Shown here in pieces: positions 51,575-61,991 of a stretch of DNA of 64,000 nucleotides. This DNA is from Promethearchaeota archaeon. Its GTDB lineage: Archaea > Asgardarchaeota > Lokiarchaeia > Sigyniarchaeales > SOKP01. Where the stretch lies: positions 1 through 64,000 of the forward strand of contig JAHPZA010000009.1 of the NCBI GenBank assembly GCA_019058445.1, read 5' to 3'. The notes under the pieces are model-generated. The model was not told the DNA's origin. It did no database searches and saw nothing but the letters and a program-made list of their open reading frames with translations. Position 1 is the stretch's first letter. Each line of letters opens with the position of its first letter. A program made the position numbers and the translations under genes.

Positions 51575-54500
51575 ATGAAAAACAAAAAAATTATTCTATT
51601 GTTTTTTATAGTGTGTATGAATTTCTCTATGCTAATTGTAGCAACTAATAAACCAATTAAACAGAGTAATAACACTCCAGGTACTTTAAAAACATCTCAA
51701 ACAGAAGCAGGAGGAAAAGTCTTCACCACTAGACAAGAGACATTTTATAATTGTTACATCAATAATAAACAGCCAGCGCTAAATAACTTACCAAAAATAA
51801 ATATTCCTAATTATATTCTTTCAAGTGCATCAATGAATTTTGAGGAAATTTTAGCTCATAATTTCACTTACGAACTGGAACCAGAATATACAGCGGCTTT
51901 TAAAACCAGTTCTTATACAGAACCTACTTATGTATATCAAAAATTCTGGGTTGAACGAAGTCAATATATTAATAATGTCAGCATTTATATATTAGATGAA
52001 ATAAATGAAAATGATTATAATGAGCAAAATTCATGGGAAGTTGCTATATTGAATTGCTCAAATGACTTATATGGAACACCGAATGAAACAATACAATCAC
52101 CATTAGTAATACCTCATCCCCGGAATGCAATTCCTCACTGGGAACTTTTTGACTTTTTAAATTCTGAAATAGGATCTATCTTTTTAGATAAAGATAACAC
52201 AAACTTTACAATAGAAAATGGATTCATTAAATACTGGTTCGCACTAAGAATAAAAATACCTCCTAATGATTTTTGGCAAGGAGGTGGGGAAAAATATCTT
52301 TTCTTCAATCCAGATGGCGATGATCCCACTGATATTGGAGAGGGTGCAACTTTCGCCAGAGGTCAGTTTGGCTATGGTTCTCACCGTAAAGCTTATTCTC
52401 ATACTAATGTAAGTGCGATTAATGTTATAAATGGCACTAAAAAAAGCGGTGGAATCCCTTCTTTCGCATTTATGGATAATGACAGATTTTTAGCTCAATC
52501 AAATTCTAATAATTTAACATTAAACGCCACACTTGATTTTAGTTTTGGAGATGATTGGTTGTTCTGGTTTATCAAAGAAAGGCTTCCCAGTGTATGGGAT
52601 ACTGAATATAAACCCATATTTGGATTGGAATGGGAAGAATTCTGGAATCTATTGCATCCTTATCTACTATTTGGATTTGACTTTAATATCGTAACAAACA
52701 TAAGCGACTTTAGTGATATACTTACTGCTGATATATTTCTATTCAATTCAACGGATAATACATGGATGAATGTATCCCAGTATATGAATGTTAAACAAGA
52801 AGATGAAACATTAATTACTGTCAATGTTAGAGACCGTGAAGGGAAAGATGATATCTTGTCATTAATGGGGGATGGGATGGCCTACCCAGCGCCAAATGAA
52901 CATCGGAATTATAATCTTACTGTTAAATTTAACTATACAAGTAATGGTGCTGTTTTTAACGTATCATTTGATGAATTCACTATAGATGTTCTTACTTTAT
53001 ATGAAATTTCTGATCTTCAGATATTTGATCCCGGTATAAAAGATTTATTTTATCCCATTAAAGCAACGGTAGACCCGACTACTGGAAGCACATTAGAAAA
53101 TTATAATTTAGATGTATTAGAATTAAATGATGGTAATTATTTTATAGCAAATTCTATAGATGATAATCTTACAATTGAATTTGAATTTAACTTAGTTCCC
53201 TATTTGAACAGTTCATTATGGAATATGGACCAATATGAATATCAATATGTTTACCCAAATCCCACGATCCCTGAAATGACTTTGCGTCTTAGTTCTAAGG
53301 TAAGTATAAAGGGAAACTCTTCAGTGCAAAATAATCTAACTACTGCTCTGTTAGAAGTTTATGTACCCGAAGAAATGGATTGGTTTCCAATTTGGGGAGA
53401 AAATTTATTAGCTCATGAGGAAGAGTTTCAAATACCTGCTTGGATAAATGTTACAAGCTCTTTATTTATTCTACAAATGATAAATTCTTCGGCTCAAAAA
53501 AATTCACTTAAATTTCGGTTAAGATATGAATGGAATGATGCTCAAACACCCCCTCCCGGAGGTTTTAATGTTACCATTGATGAGTTTAGTTTCGATATCA
53601 CCGTTCAAAATGCTAGGTCTTCAGATTTCGCTACGATGATTGGTTACGGGTATAATAATACTTCAGTAAAGCCCCCTGATATTTCCATGAAAGTTCAGGG
53701 CACAAGTGTGGCAAATGATAGTACATGGAGTGGTGCCATTGCTAATGGTAGTCCCTCTTTGGACGGGAATTTTGAATTTAATATAACATCCCGATGGGAG
53801 GCTGTTAGTTTTAATGTGACTATTTCATATACCATTTATAAATACATTATTGACCTAGATTTTAAGAAAAGTATAAAATCTCAGTATATGACAGGAACGA
53901 ATTATTTTACAGTTGAAGTAACAGATGATAATGGTAATGAACTGGAAGATATCGAATTACTTTTCGAACTTTTGGATAGCGATGATAAAGTTGTAGATGA
54001 GGATACTGCTATTACAAATGAGGATGGCGAAGCTAAGGGGTCATTAGATTTTGATGAAGTGGGAGATGGATATAAGATTAAAGTCAGTTTTGAAGAAGAT
54101 AGTATCTATGCTGAAGAGGATATAGAGTCGGACGAATTCAGAATAGTAGATGAAACAACCTTGTTTATTGATAATGTTCTATTTTTTCTGCCATATATAT
54201 TAATCGCTGTTGCCGGGATTACTATATTTGCCACAGTTAGGCATCATAGAATGAATAAATTACGCAGGTTCTGGGCAGGAGAGGCACTTACTTTGGATGA
54301 TTTACTTAAAATTAGTTACCTTTTAATAATACATAAAGACGCAGGGGTGACAATATATAATAAGCAGGTTTCAATGGAACTTGATTCTGATTTGATCGGT
54401 GGATTTCTCACAGCAATTTCTCAATTCAGGAGTGAGCTTAAGAAAGATTCAATTCCTAAATCCGCAGATCAAGGGATTGAAATGGATTATTATGATTTTA

Positions 54501-54931
54501 AAATAGTTATAACTGATGGAAATTATGTCAGAGTTGCTTTAATTCTGGATGGTATACCTTCAGAGAGACTAAATGAGAGTCAATGGGAATTTACTCGAAG
54601 ATTTGAAATGAAACATCAAGCAAGTTTAAAAGATTTTACTGGTGATATTAGAACATTCAAAGAAACTGATGATTTAGTAGATCAGATTTTCAATATTAGA
54701 TTAATGTATCCTTTACAGTTAGCAAAACATTGGGAATTTACAAAACTTACCAAACTAGAAAAAGCTCTTGTTGAAGTGGGATTAGAGATGCAAAAAGAAA
54801 GAAACTTTATTTTTACCTCAAGTCTATTGAGTTATGGATTAGCGGGTCGCAAAGAATCAAGAGATCAAATCATAAGTACGATTCTAGATCTTAAACGTAG
54901 AGGAATACTTATTCCAATGGAAATAGAATAA
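51575..54931 (+). CDS. Single-pass receptor-like surface protein with cytoplasmic longin-like domain
   Basis: Signal peptide, large sequon-rich ectodomain, Ig-like acidic domain, TM helix, then YLLIIHKDAGVTIY...DSDLIGGFLTAISQF. Confidence 0.8.
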   Translation: MKNKKIILLFFIVCMNFSMLIVATNKPIKQSNNTPGTLKTSQTEAGGKVFTTRQETFYNCYINNKQPALNNLPKINIPNYILSSASMNFEEILAHNFTYELEPEYTAAFKTSSYTEPTYVYQKFWVERSQYINNVSIYILDEINENDYNEQNSWEVAILNCSNDLYGTPNETIQSPLVIPHPRNAIPHWELFDFLNSEIGSIFLDKDNTNFTIENGFIKYWFALRIKIPPNDFWQGGGEKYLFFNPDGDDPTDIGEGATFARGQFGYGSHRKAYSHTNVSAINVINGTKKSGGIPSFAFMDNDRFLAQSNSNNLTLNATLDFSFGDDWLFWFIKERLPSVWDTEYKPIFGLEWEEFWNLLHPYLLFGFDFNIVTNISDFSDILTADIFLFNSTDNTWMNVSQYMNVKQEDETLITVNVRDREGKDDILSLMGDGMAYPAPNEHRNYNLTVKFNYTSNGAVFNVSFDEFTIDVLTLYEISDLQIFDPGIKDLFYPIKATVDPTTGSTLENYNLDVLELNDGNYFIANSIDDNLTIEFEFNLVPYLNSSLWNMDQYEYQYVYPNPTIPEMTLRLSSKVSIKGNSSVQNNLTTALLEVYVPEEMDWFPIWGENLLAHEEEFQIPAWINVTSSLFILQMINSSAQKNSLKFRLRYEWNDAQTPPPGGFNVTIDEFSFDITVQNARSSDFATMIGYGYNNTSVKPPDISMKVQGTSVANDSTWSGAIANGSPSLDGNFEFNITSRWEAVSFNVTISYTIYKYIIDLDFKKSIKSQYMTGTNYFTVEVTDDNGNELEDIELLFELLDSDDKVVDEDTAITNEDGEAKGSLDFDEVGDGYKIKVSFEEDSIYAEEDIESDEFRIVDETTLFIDNVLFFLPYILIAVAGITIFATVRHHRMNKLRRFWAGEALTLDDLLKISYLLIIHKDAGVTIYNKQVSMELDSDLIGGFLTAISQFRSELKKDSIPKSADQGIEMDYYDFKIVITDGNYVRVALILDGIPSERLNESQWEFTRRFEMKHQASLKDFTGDIRTFKETDDLVDQIFNIRLMYPLQLAKHWEFTKLTKLEKALVEVGLEMQKERNFIFTSSLLSYGLAGRKESRDQIISTILDLKRRGILIPMEIE

Positions 54932-55008
54932 ATATTAATATTTTTTTTCTCTATTTTTTTTCATTTGATTGATTAAATATGAAAATTAAAATTAAAAAAA
55001 AAAAGAAA

Positions 55009-56325
55009 TTAATTATTTAGTAGGTGGGCAAATAATAGATGAAGTCCTAAGGCTATACCCCATCCAGCAAGTGCAATTGCACTCCACGGGAATGTTGAAT
55101 ATAATGCATTTAAGACAATCAAGTAAGCACCTGTAGAGATATAAATTGATAAATGGATTATGGCTGTTGATTTCCAAAAACCTTTAACATTTTTTAGAAC
55201 CAGATAAAAAATAGAACCATGCACTGCTATACCAATTAGCCATCCCATAGCGGGATGAATTATTAGAATTACTGGTATTCCAAATAGAAAGAAATGAATG
55301 CCGATCAAGATTATTCCAGCTAACCACATGGTGAAATGACCAATAAATGACCACATCCAAAAAACCAACCAGCGAGCCTTTGACCGCAATTCAAATTTAT
55401 CAAGATCCTCTCCATATTGGCTTTTAACAGTATTGAGTGCCTTATCAATAATTGAATTCCAATACATAGTGATATATGCATGATAAGCAATGAGAATTCC
55501 CCATAAAATTAAGGAAAATATTGGCCAGAAAATCTTCGAAGGATTCGTAAAATATTCATATAACTGCCAACCATTGCCAACTATATAGAATCCAATATGA
55601 ATAATAAGACCTTTCATAACGGACTCAATAGCTTCAATATAAAAATAGAGAATGTACGAGAAGATATGGACAGCAAGAACACTCCCCCATCCGAGAGTTA
55701 CTTCTATTATCTCTGAGGGATCGGAAGGACTTATTATATTGTACGAATAAAGCCAAATATTTACAATGATATAATAGCTAATATGGATGATTACTAACCA
55801 AAAATTAGAAATTTTTGAGGTGGCTTTCATTTTTAATTTTTTATCTGCTTCATCGGGAAATTTCCTTTTAAGATTTAGAAGTTCCCGATTTAATGAACTA
55901 TCCCACAAAAAGAATCCTAATGCATGGAATCCAAATGCTATACCCCAATACATTAAGGGATAGATAAAAAATATTGTTCCAGTCGCAACAGCCAGATTAA
56001 TGATTAATAAGAAAAGATTTACAGTAATATAGAACCATGCATGGAAGATAAACAATACTTTGAAAGCAGGATCATGCCTTATTTTTGAAAGATACTCGAT
56101 TTTATCGTTATACATTACGTAGACTAGAGTATGAAATCCACTTCCAAAACCCCATCCAAAAATCGCGAAAAAAGGCCAAAAAAAGCCTGCGCCTGTTACT
56201 GCCCATATTAATATTAACAATCCCATAACGGCACAGTAAGTAAAAAGATGGAGTGCAATTAGTATTCTGTGTGATAACAGCCTAATTAATGCATTTTTCT
56301 CTCTAGATTCATTCATTTTTAACAC
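55009..56325 (-). CDS. Membrane protein built of tandem 2TM-like repeats
   Basis: About six H..(Y)...N...W(P)....WG.....H units. Confidence 0.75.
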   Translation of the reverse strand: MLKMNESREKNALIRLLSHRILIALHLFTYCAVMGLLILIWAVTGAGFFWPFFAIFGWGFGSGFHTLVYVMYNDKIEYLSKIRHDPAFKVLFIFHAWFYITVNLFLLIINLAVATGTIFFIYPLMYWGIAFGFHALGFFLWDSSLNRELLNLKRKFPDEADKKLKMKATSKISNFWLVIIHISYYIIVNIWLYSYNIISPSDPSEIIEVTLGWGSVLAVHIFSYILYFYIEAIESVMKGLIIHIGFYIVGNGWQLYEYFTNPSKIFWPIFSLILWGILIAYHAYITMYWNSIIDKALNTVKSQYGEDLDKFELRSKARWLVFWMWSFIGHFTMWLAGIILIGIHFFLFGIPVILIIHPAMGWLIGIAVHGSIFYLVLKNVKGFWKSTAIIHLSIYISTGAYLIVLNALYSTFPWSAIALAGWGIALGLHLLFAHLLNN

Positions 56326-56519
56326 TTTATTTTTTTTTTTGTTTTAATTTTTAATTAAATTATATTAGTCAATTGAAAGTAAAATCAACTTGAATTTAAG
56401 AAATAAATAGACCGATATTTGATTTTATCAGGAATAAAAATGAAAATAGCTTTTATTTATATACTTAATATTGTTCTCATTATTAGAGAATCTTAAAGAA
56501 AGTGCGTTTCTGAAGCAAA

Positions 56520-57851
56520 TTGAAAGATGATAATAGAACTTCTATTTGTAAAATTATACCTTTAATTAAGGAATTTATAGAAGGAAAAAGGGTTAATTTG
56601 GATATTACTGTCCGTAAAGATCCTATTATATTTCATTATTATACTGAGATTATACGCTATTGGAGTAAACTAAATTTCATTTTACAAAAAACCCAAAGAT
56701 CATTAGGTTTTTATCATTTCCCCCAAAATGAAATACCAATTTATATATATATTATATATCGAAAATTCCAAGAATATGCATCCAAAAAGAGTATATTAGA
56801 GGAATTATACTTATCATCTAACCAAATAAAGAAAATAAAAAGATTTATTAATAAATTAGAAACTTTTACTTGGAAGATTGCATTAAAAAGTAAATCATAT
56901 AAGGAGATACTAAGTATAACAGAAGCTATTCCCACTTTTGTTATTGACCGCCTTTTGCCAGTAATGTCTTTTGAGTTTATAGAACAAAATATTCAATCAA
57001 TGAATGATTATCAAAAATATAATAATTTTATACGTATATCTGATTGGAAGTTAAAGAGTTCGGATCATAGTTTTTTAATTTCATTGGAAAATGAATTGTG
57101 GTCTCATAATATTCCATCGAAACGAGATCGAGACCTCCCTGAATTAGTATTTATACCAAATGAAAAAAAAAGCTTGATTTTGAAAAGTAAATCCTACTCA
57201 TCACGTAAAATAACTTTTCAAGACAAGGCTTCTGCCGCGGTTATTAAAGTATTATCACCTCAATCCTTTGATTATATATGTGATATGTGTGCAGCTCCAG
57301 GTATCAAAACAAATTTAATTGCTCACTATACGTCTAATCAAGCAAGAGTCATTTCTGGTGAATTTCTTCTCAAAAGAGCGTTTGAAATGTCTAAACTCAT
57401 TAAAAGGACAAATACTGTAAATACACATTTAATTAATTGCGACAGTATTCAGTTTCCTTTAAGAATTAACACTAAATTCGATAGAATCTTGTTGGACGCA
57501 CCTTGTACGGGAAGTGGAACATTTATTTCGAATCCAGAACTAAAATGGCGTCAAAACAACAATTTTTTGTATCAAAATGTAATAATTCAAGAGAAATTAA
57601 TAGGGAGTGCTCTTAGACTACTAAAGCCCAACGGCATTTTCGTATATAGTACTTGCAGCCTATACCCCGAAGAAGGGGAATTACAAATCTTAAAATATAT
57701 TAGTATGTTAGAACCTCTCCAATTGCCAGACTGGTTTTCACCGAGTTATAAAATAAATGGTCAAATAGTTTCCGGGACTGGAAGATTATTTCCCTCAATG
57801 CACCATACCCATGGCTTTTTTATAGGAAAATTCAAAAAAAAAGAAAAATGA
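56520..57851 (+). CDS. RNA m5C methyltransferase, RsmB/NOP2/NSUN family
   Basis: FQDKAS, DMCAAPGIKT, LLDAPCTGSG, YSTCS, GFFIGKF. Confidence 0.93.
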   Translation: MKDDNRTSICKIIPLIKEFIEGKRVNLDITVRKDPIIFHYYTEIIRYWSKLNFILQKTQRSLGFYHFPQNEIPIYIYIIYRKFQEYASKKSILEELYLSSNQIKKIKRFINKLETFTWKIALKSKSYKEILSITEAIPTFVIDRLLPVMSFEFIEQNIQSMNDYQKYNNFIRISDWKLKSSDHSFLISLENELWSHNIPSKRDRDLPELVFIPNEKKSLILKSKSYSSRKITFQDKASAAVIKVLSPQSFDYICDMCAAPGIKTNLIAHYTSNQARVISGEFLLKRAFEMSKLIKRTNTVNTHLINCDSIQFPLRINTKFDRILLDAPCTGSGTFISNPELKWRQNNNFLYQNVIIQEKLIGSALRLLKPNGIFVYSTCSLYPEEGELQILKYISMLEPLQLPDWFSPSYKINGQIVSGTGRLFPSMHHTHGFFIGKFKKKEK

Positions 57852-57889
57852 TACTATGTAAATCAGATTGAGAAGAAGCGGCTCTAAGC

Positions 57890-58702
57890 ATGTCAAATGA
57901 GAAGAAAAAATTCATAACCATTGGTCAAATTGATGCTACTGGAGTGAGAGGTCCTCATGAAAAGGAATTAAAGGATATTAGCAACAATAAATATGCTATG
58001 TTTATCAAGATAAATGAAGAACAGTTAAAAAATATCGTACAAAATGACCTTGGGGCGAAAATTGAAAATATCGGATTTAATGAAGATTGGACAATATCTA
58101 TCGAGATGTTTCCTGAAGTTAATATTCATATGTCCTATTCTTATTTTGGTGATGAATTTGGAGATGATATCGAAGCTGAATTTAAATTTTACTTTTCTGG
58201 TGAAAGAGTATATTGGGTTCCCGGAGAAGATTCTGCAACATTCATCGATATTATAATGGATTTTATGGAAGAGCGAAGTAAAAATAAAGCTCCCTTTCAA
58301 AAAGAATATACTAAGAAAACAGATTTAATGAAAAAGGTTTTAATACAAAGAGAAAAACCATTCAACCTTTTAAAGGCAGACGATAAAAATAAATTAACCT
58401 CCTTTTTAGGAGCCAAAGTATGGAAAACAGATGAGGGTTGGAGAATTAAAAAAGAAGTTTTTCCAAAAATCTTTATTGAAATAACATGGAATAGCAAAAA
58501 TGGCTTAGATATTGCATTTTCAGGAGAAAATCTAGAAAATATTAGTAGCTATCATATCGAATTTGTTGGGATTTTTATCATTAATCACATACTCCGATAT
58601 ATAACCGTAAATAACCAAGATAAGGATTTACCAGATATTTGTTATATGATGTTCTCAAGATTATACACTAAAGAGAAGGGTTGGGAACACAGAACACGAT
58701 AA
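57890..58702 (+). CDS. Hypothetical protein with internal duplication (DUF3786-like)
   Basis: Two LGAK...W.I..E.FP.I.I units; GEDSA motif. Confidence 0.6.
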   Translation: MSNEKKKFITIGQIDATGVRGPHEKELKDISNNKYAMFIKINEEQLKNIVQNDLGAKIENIGFNEDWTISIEMFPEVNIHMSYSYFGDEFGDDIEAEFKFYFSGERVYWVPGEDSATFIDIIMDFMEERSKNKAPFQKEYTKKTDLMKKVLIQREKPFNLLKADDKNKLTSFLGAKVWKTDEGWRIKKEVFPKIFIEITWNSKNGLDIAFSGENLENISSYHIEFVGIFIINHILRYITVNNQDKDLPDICYMMFSRLYTKEKGWEHRTR

Positions 58703-58730
58703 AAAAATTATAAATTAAATTTAAAAAAAC

Positions 58731-59297
58731 CTATACAGTTGTCCATATTACAGCTCTTCCTTTTTTCTTATCTGACCTTTTAATTTTTTGTGAAGCCTCA
58801 AGATCGGACATTAGTTTCCAAACTTGAGAATTACTTAATTTAAAATACTTTCTCAAATCTGGAGTTGACATCTCAGTTCCATTTAATAAATTTAGAATTA
58901 ACCGTTTAATCTCTTCCACCGTATCCTCATCAGATTCTGAAGCATCATCATCATTGTTTTCTTCCTCCTCTGGTTCTTCCATTTCCAACATAATTCGTGA
59001 AGCTATACTGTTAAGTTGTTTAATGTTATTTTCTATACCTTGAGGTTTCATAAATAAACAGCATAATTCTAAATCTTTCGGAAAGGCTACGATGTAAAAT
59101 TTATCATATAATATTGCTCTAGGTTTTTTACCAGCGTTTCCTCCACGAAATGCAAGATAGAAATTCATTGCAAAATCATCCAAATTTACTACACCTTTAG
59201 ATGCTTCAAAATTCTTTTTCCATTTAAGAAAAGGACCGTCAATCATATCAAATCCTATTAATGCAGCTCCAAATAATTCCTTTTCACTAAAATTCAG
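58731..59297 (-). CDS. uDENN/longin-like domain fused to a winged-helix domain (start extended to CTG 59297)
   Basis: AALIGFDMIDGP; acidic linker; MSTPDLRKYFKLSNSQVWKLMSDLE..KI HTH plus wing. Confidence 0.7.
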   Translation of the reverse strand: MNFSEKELFGAALIGFDMIDGPFLKWKKNFEASKGVVNLDDFAMNFYLAFRGGNAGKKPRAILYDKFYIVAFPKDLELCCLFMKPQGIENNIKQLNSIASRIMLEMEEPEEEENNDDDASESDEDTVEEIKRLILNLLNGTEMSTPDLRKYFKLSNSQVWKLMSDLEASQKIKRSDKKKGRAVIWTTV

Positions 59298-59298
59298 T

Positions 59299-59826
59299 TT
59301 ATTTTAACCCCCTTCTGATTAAAGTTTGATTTAATTCTTTTTCAATTATTTGAATTAATGATTTTTTTTCTGTAGGATTTATTGCAGTAAGACCGTAAGT
59401 TTTTACATGAAGTAAATCCTCAATCAGTTTAGGATCCATTCTACTTACATCATTCATACATAAATCTTGTTTATTCGCAATCCCTATAATAGGGCACTCC
59501 TCATCTACAATCTTTTTGGCCAGCTCAATTAATTTTTTTGAATTTAAGACATTTCGAGGAGTAGAATCTGTTACAATAAAAACGAGGTCAGAACCTTCAA
59601 GATAATCTTCAAGATATTTTAGATATGCTTTTTGTCCACCAAAATCCCAAACTTTTAGGTTATAATTATTTAATCTTATGGACTCCAGATCAAATCCTTG
59701 AGTAGGAATGTATAATGGGTCAATGGTATCATTTCTAGTTAATAATTTCAGCATTGTTGTCTTTCCTACAGCAGGATGTCCCATGATCGAAATTTTTGCC
59801 AATGTATTAAATGTAGAACTTACCAT
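59299..59826 (-). CDS. Small GTPase, Arf-like
   Basis: GHPAVGKTT, PTQG, WDFGGQ, NKQD, TAI. Confidence 0.92.
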   Translation of the reverse strand: MVSSTFNTLAKISIMGHPAVGKTTMLKLLTRNDTIDPLYIPTQGFDLESIRLNNYNLKVWDFGGQKAYLKYLEDYLEGSDLVFIVTDSTPRNVLNSKKLIELAKKIVDEECPIIGIANKQDLCMNDVSRMDPKLIEDLLHVKTYGLTAINPTEKKSLIQIIEKELNQTLIRRGLK

Positions 59827-59935
59827 TATAAATCATAACTTTCGAAATTTGCTTAAGAAAAAGTGAGAATTCAAGTAATATTAATCTGGATGATATCTGT
59901 ATATTATTTTTAAGAAATGAATTCAAGCTAATTTA

Positions 59936-61867
59936 TTAAAATATTCCAGTTATAGGAATATTATAATAAAATGATAATAAAATAAGCGAGAAAAATGTTG
60001 GAACAATTAGACTAAAAGTCAATAATCTTTGGGACACTCTTAAGCACTCTTGTAGCGTATCAATGATTGTATTAAAATAGATTGGATTTCCCCATATTCT
60101 AACATCATTCACTGTTGAATTATAGTAGAAAAATTCAACCGGTTCTAAGTTTTTTTCTGCTTCTTGAATTAATTTGTCTAGCTTCTCAATAATAAAATCT
60201 AGTTTTATTTTATCTCCTAAAGGTGAATACCCTCTACTAGTGAATTGTCGCGCTACGGTATGTGAGTCTGAGGTTGTGATTTCACCTTTTTCAATTCCCC
60301 GGTTTTGTAGCATATTTAGGATATATGATCGAATATCAACATATGCGTTATTTGCATCGAAATGAATTAAAGCGGTTTTTTGATTAGTTTCAATATTTTT
60401 AAAAATGTGAACCACAATCCCACCATACCCAATACCATCAGTTTCAGAAAACCGTTCCATAGGATCATTTGCAACTCCATATAATAATGGAATAGGAGAG
60501 CTTGACTGCCTTTTTTTGCTTGTTAAATACTTCTCTGAAACGTTAATGAATTCCTTTCCCTCTAAAGATTTTTTAATAATTAAAACTTCATCTCCTATTA
60601 TTGAGTTATGAGAATCAATAATCAATACTTCATTAAATTTGTTCCATTGAGCAATTTTTCTTATCTTCTTACCAATATCGGATTGTATATCATCTGAGGG
60701 AAGGGGATGTCTTGTTAAAAACATAATAGGTACATTATCTATTTCCATCCCTAAAACTTTTGAATTATTGGATATTTTTCTGGAAAAATCTTTCACTTTT
60801 TTTATCCATAGTAGATTCTTATCATTTTTTATCCTTTTGATATCAGAATTAATCTGATTTAAAATTTTATTTTCCTCATTCTGAGTAGTTAGATTTTGTG
60901 TATGATCGGTTGTGGTATGATAGACAGTTGTTCCAGGAATACTTTCTCTAAACGATCTATAGATTAATTCCGGTAAATCACTAGAACCACATGTTTTAAA
61001 TGGTCCGAAATGAACGTGAGGAACAATAAATAATCCTTTTAATTTTTTTGTCTCGTCATTTCTTATTGCTAAATATTGTATTTTTACACTGGAATTTACT
61101 CCAACTGTATCAAATATTTGTTCTATTTTATCATCATGACCACTTGTCATCATAGAAAGTACAAATGCTCGAATAAACGGATATCCTCCCAAATCTCCAC
61201 CTGTTGCGTCTCTATATGTTCTACTTACATGAAATAAACCTCTTGCGTAAAAGATAGTGAATATAAAAGCACATGTCCCGAAAAAAATCATAGCTCTAAT
61301 AAAAAATGTTAAGGATAATTGAGCTGTATATATACTGTAAAGGATAATACTTGAAACCGGTTGTATTAACGCTAAAATGAAGTGGCCGTACTTTCCTACC
61401 GTTGTAAATGAAAAATAAATAACAAAAGCTAAAATATAGGAAATAATTATACCTAACATAAAAAATACTTCACGAAAAGTGTGGTTTCGGAAATATAGTG
61501 CTAATAACTGTCCAACTAAAAAACTTCCCCCTATAATTGAATTAAAAATAGCATTCATTTGAATTGACCATCCTCTTGGTGGAGAAGCTAAAACAGGCGC
61601 TTTTTTTGAATATATTAATGCAACAATCACACCAATCAATGATGTAATCATAAAAATAATAAAGATCTGCAAAAAGTAATTAAAAAGCATGTTAATACAG
61701 ATTATGTTAAAACATCGCTCATAAATAGCATGAAATATTGTTGATAATAATGCAATTAAAAAAGGCAAACCAAATAAAGCAGTATAAGCGAGGAATCTGG
61801 AAGAAAATAATTCAACATAAGAAAATATTCCAGGTGCTTTTCGAGATGGTTGCTTCTGAACAAACAT
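59936..61867 (-). CDS. DUF2070 family membrane protein
   Basis: N-terminal TM helices; PHVHFGPF..GSS.LP, IDSHN, DANN, TSDSH. Confidence 0.88.
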   Translation of the reverse strand: MFVQKQPSRKAPGIFSYVELFSSRFLAYTALFGLPFLIALLSTIFHAIYERCFNIICINMLFNYFLQIFIIFMITSLIGVIVALIYSKKAPVLASPPRGWSIQMNAIFNSIIGGSFLVGQLLALYFRNHTFREVFFMLGIIISYILAFVIYFSFTTVGKYGHFILALIQPVSSIILYSIYTAQLSLTFFIRAMIFFGTCAFIFTIFYARGLFHVSRTYRDATGGDLGGYPFIRAFVLSMMTSGHDDKIEQIFDTVGVNSSVKIQYLAIRNDETKKLKGLFIVPHVHFGPFKTCGSSDLPELIYRSFRESIPGTTVYHTTTDHTQNLTTQNEENKILNQINSDIKRIKNDKNLLWIKKVKDFSRKISNNSKVLGMEIDNVPIMFLTRHPLPSDDIQSDIGKKIRKIAQWNKFNEVLIIDSHNSIIGDEVLIIKKSLEGKEFINVSEKYLTSKKRQSSSPIPLLYGVANDPMERFSETDGIGYGGIVVHIFKNIETNQKTALIHFDANNAYVDIRSYILNMLQNRGIEKGEITTSDSHTVARQFTSRGYSPLGDKIKLDFIIEKLDKLIQEAEKNLEPVEFFYYNSTVNDVRIWGNPIYFNTIIDTLQECLRVSQRLLTFSLIVPTFFSLILLSFYYNIPITGIF

Positions 61868-61991
61868 TTTTCAATAATTTTGATCTAGTATTAATTAATA
61901 ATTCCTTTTGAATTAATTACTCTTATGATATAAATAAAAATAATAAATAAATAAATAATTGAAATAATATTAAACGATCAAGAGAAGGATC

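Noticed and set aside
61930-61965. AATAA repeats as a functional array
   Set aside because: Low-complexity AT-rich intergenic sequence
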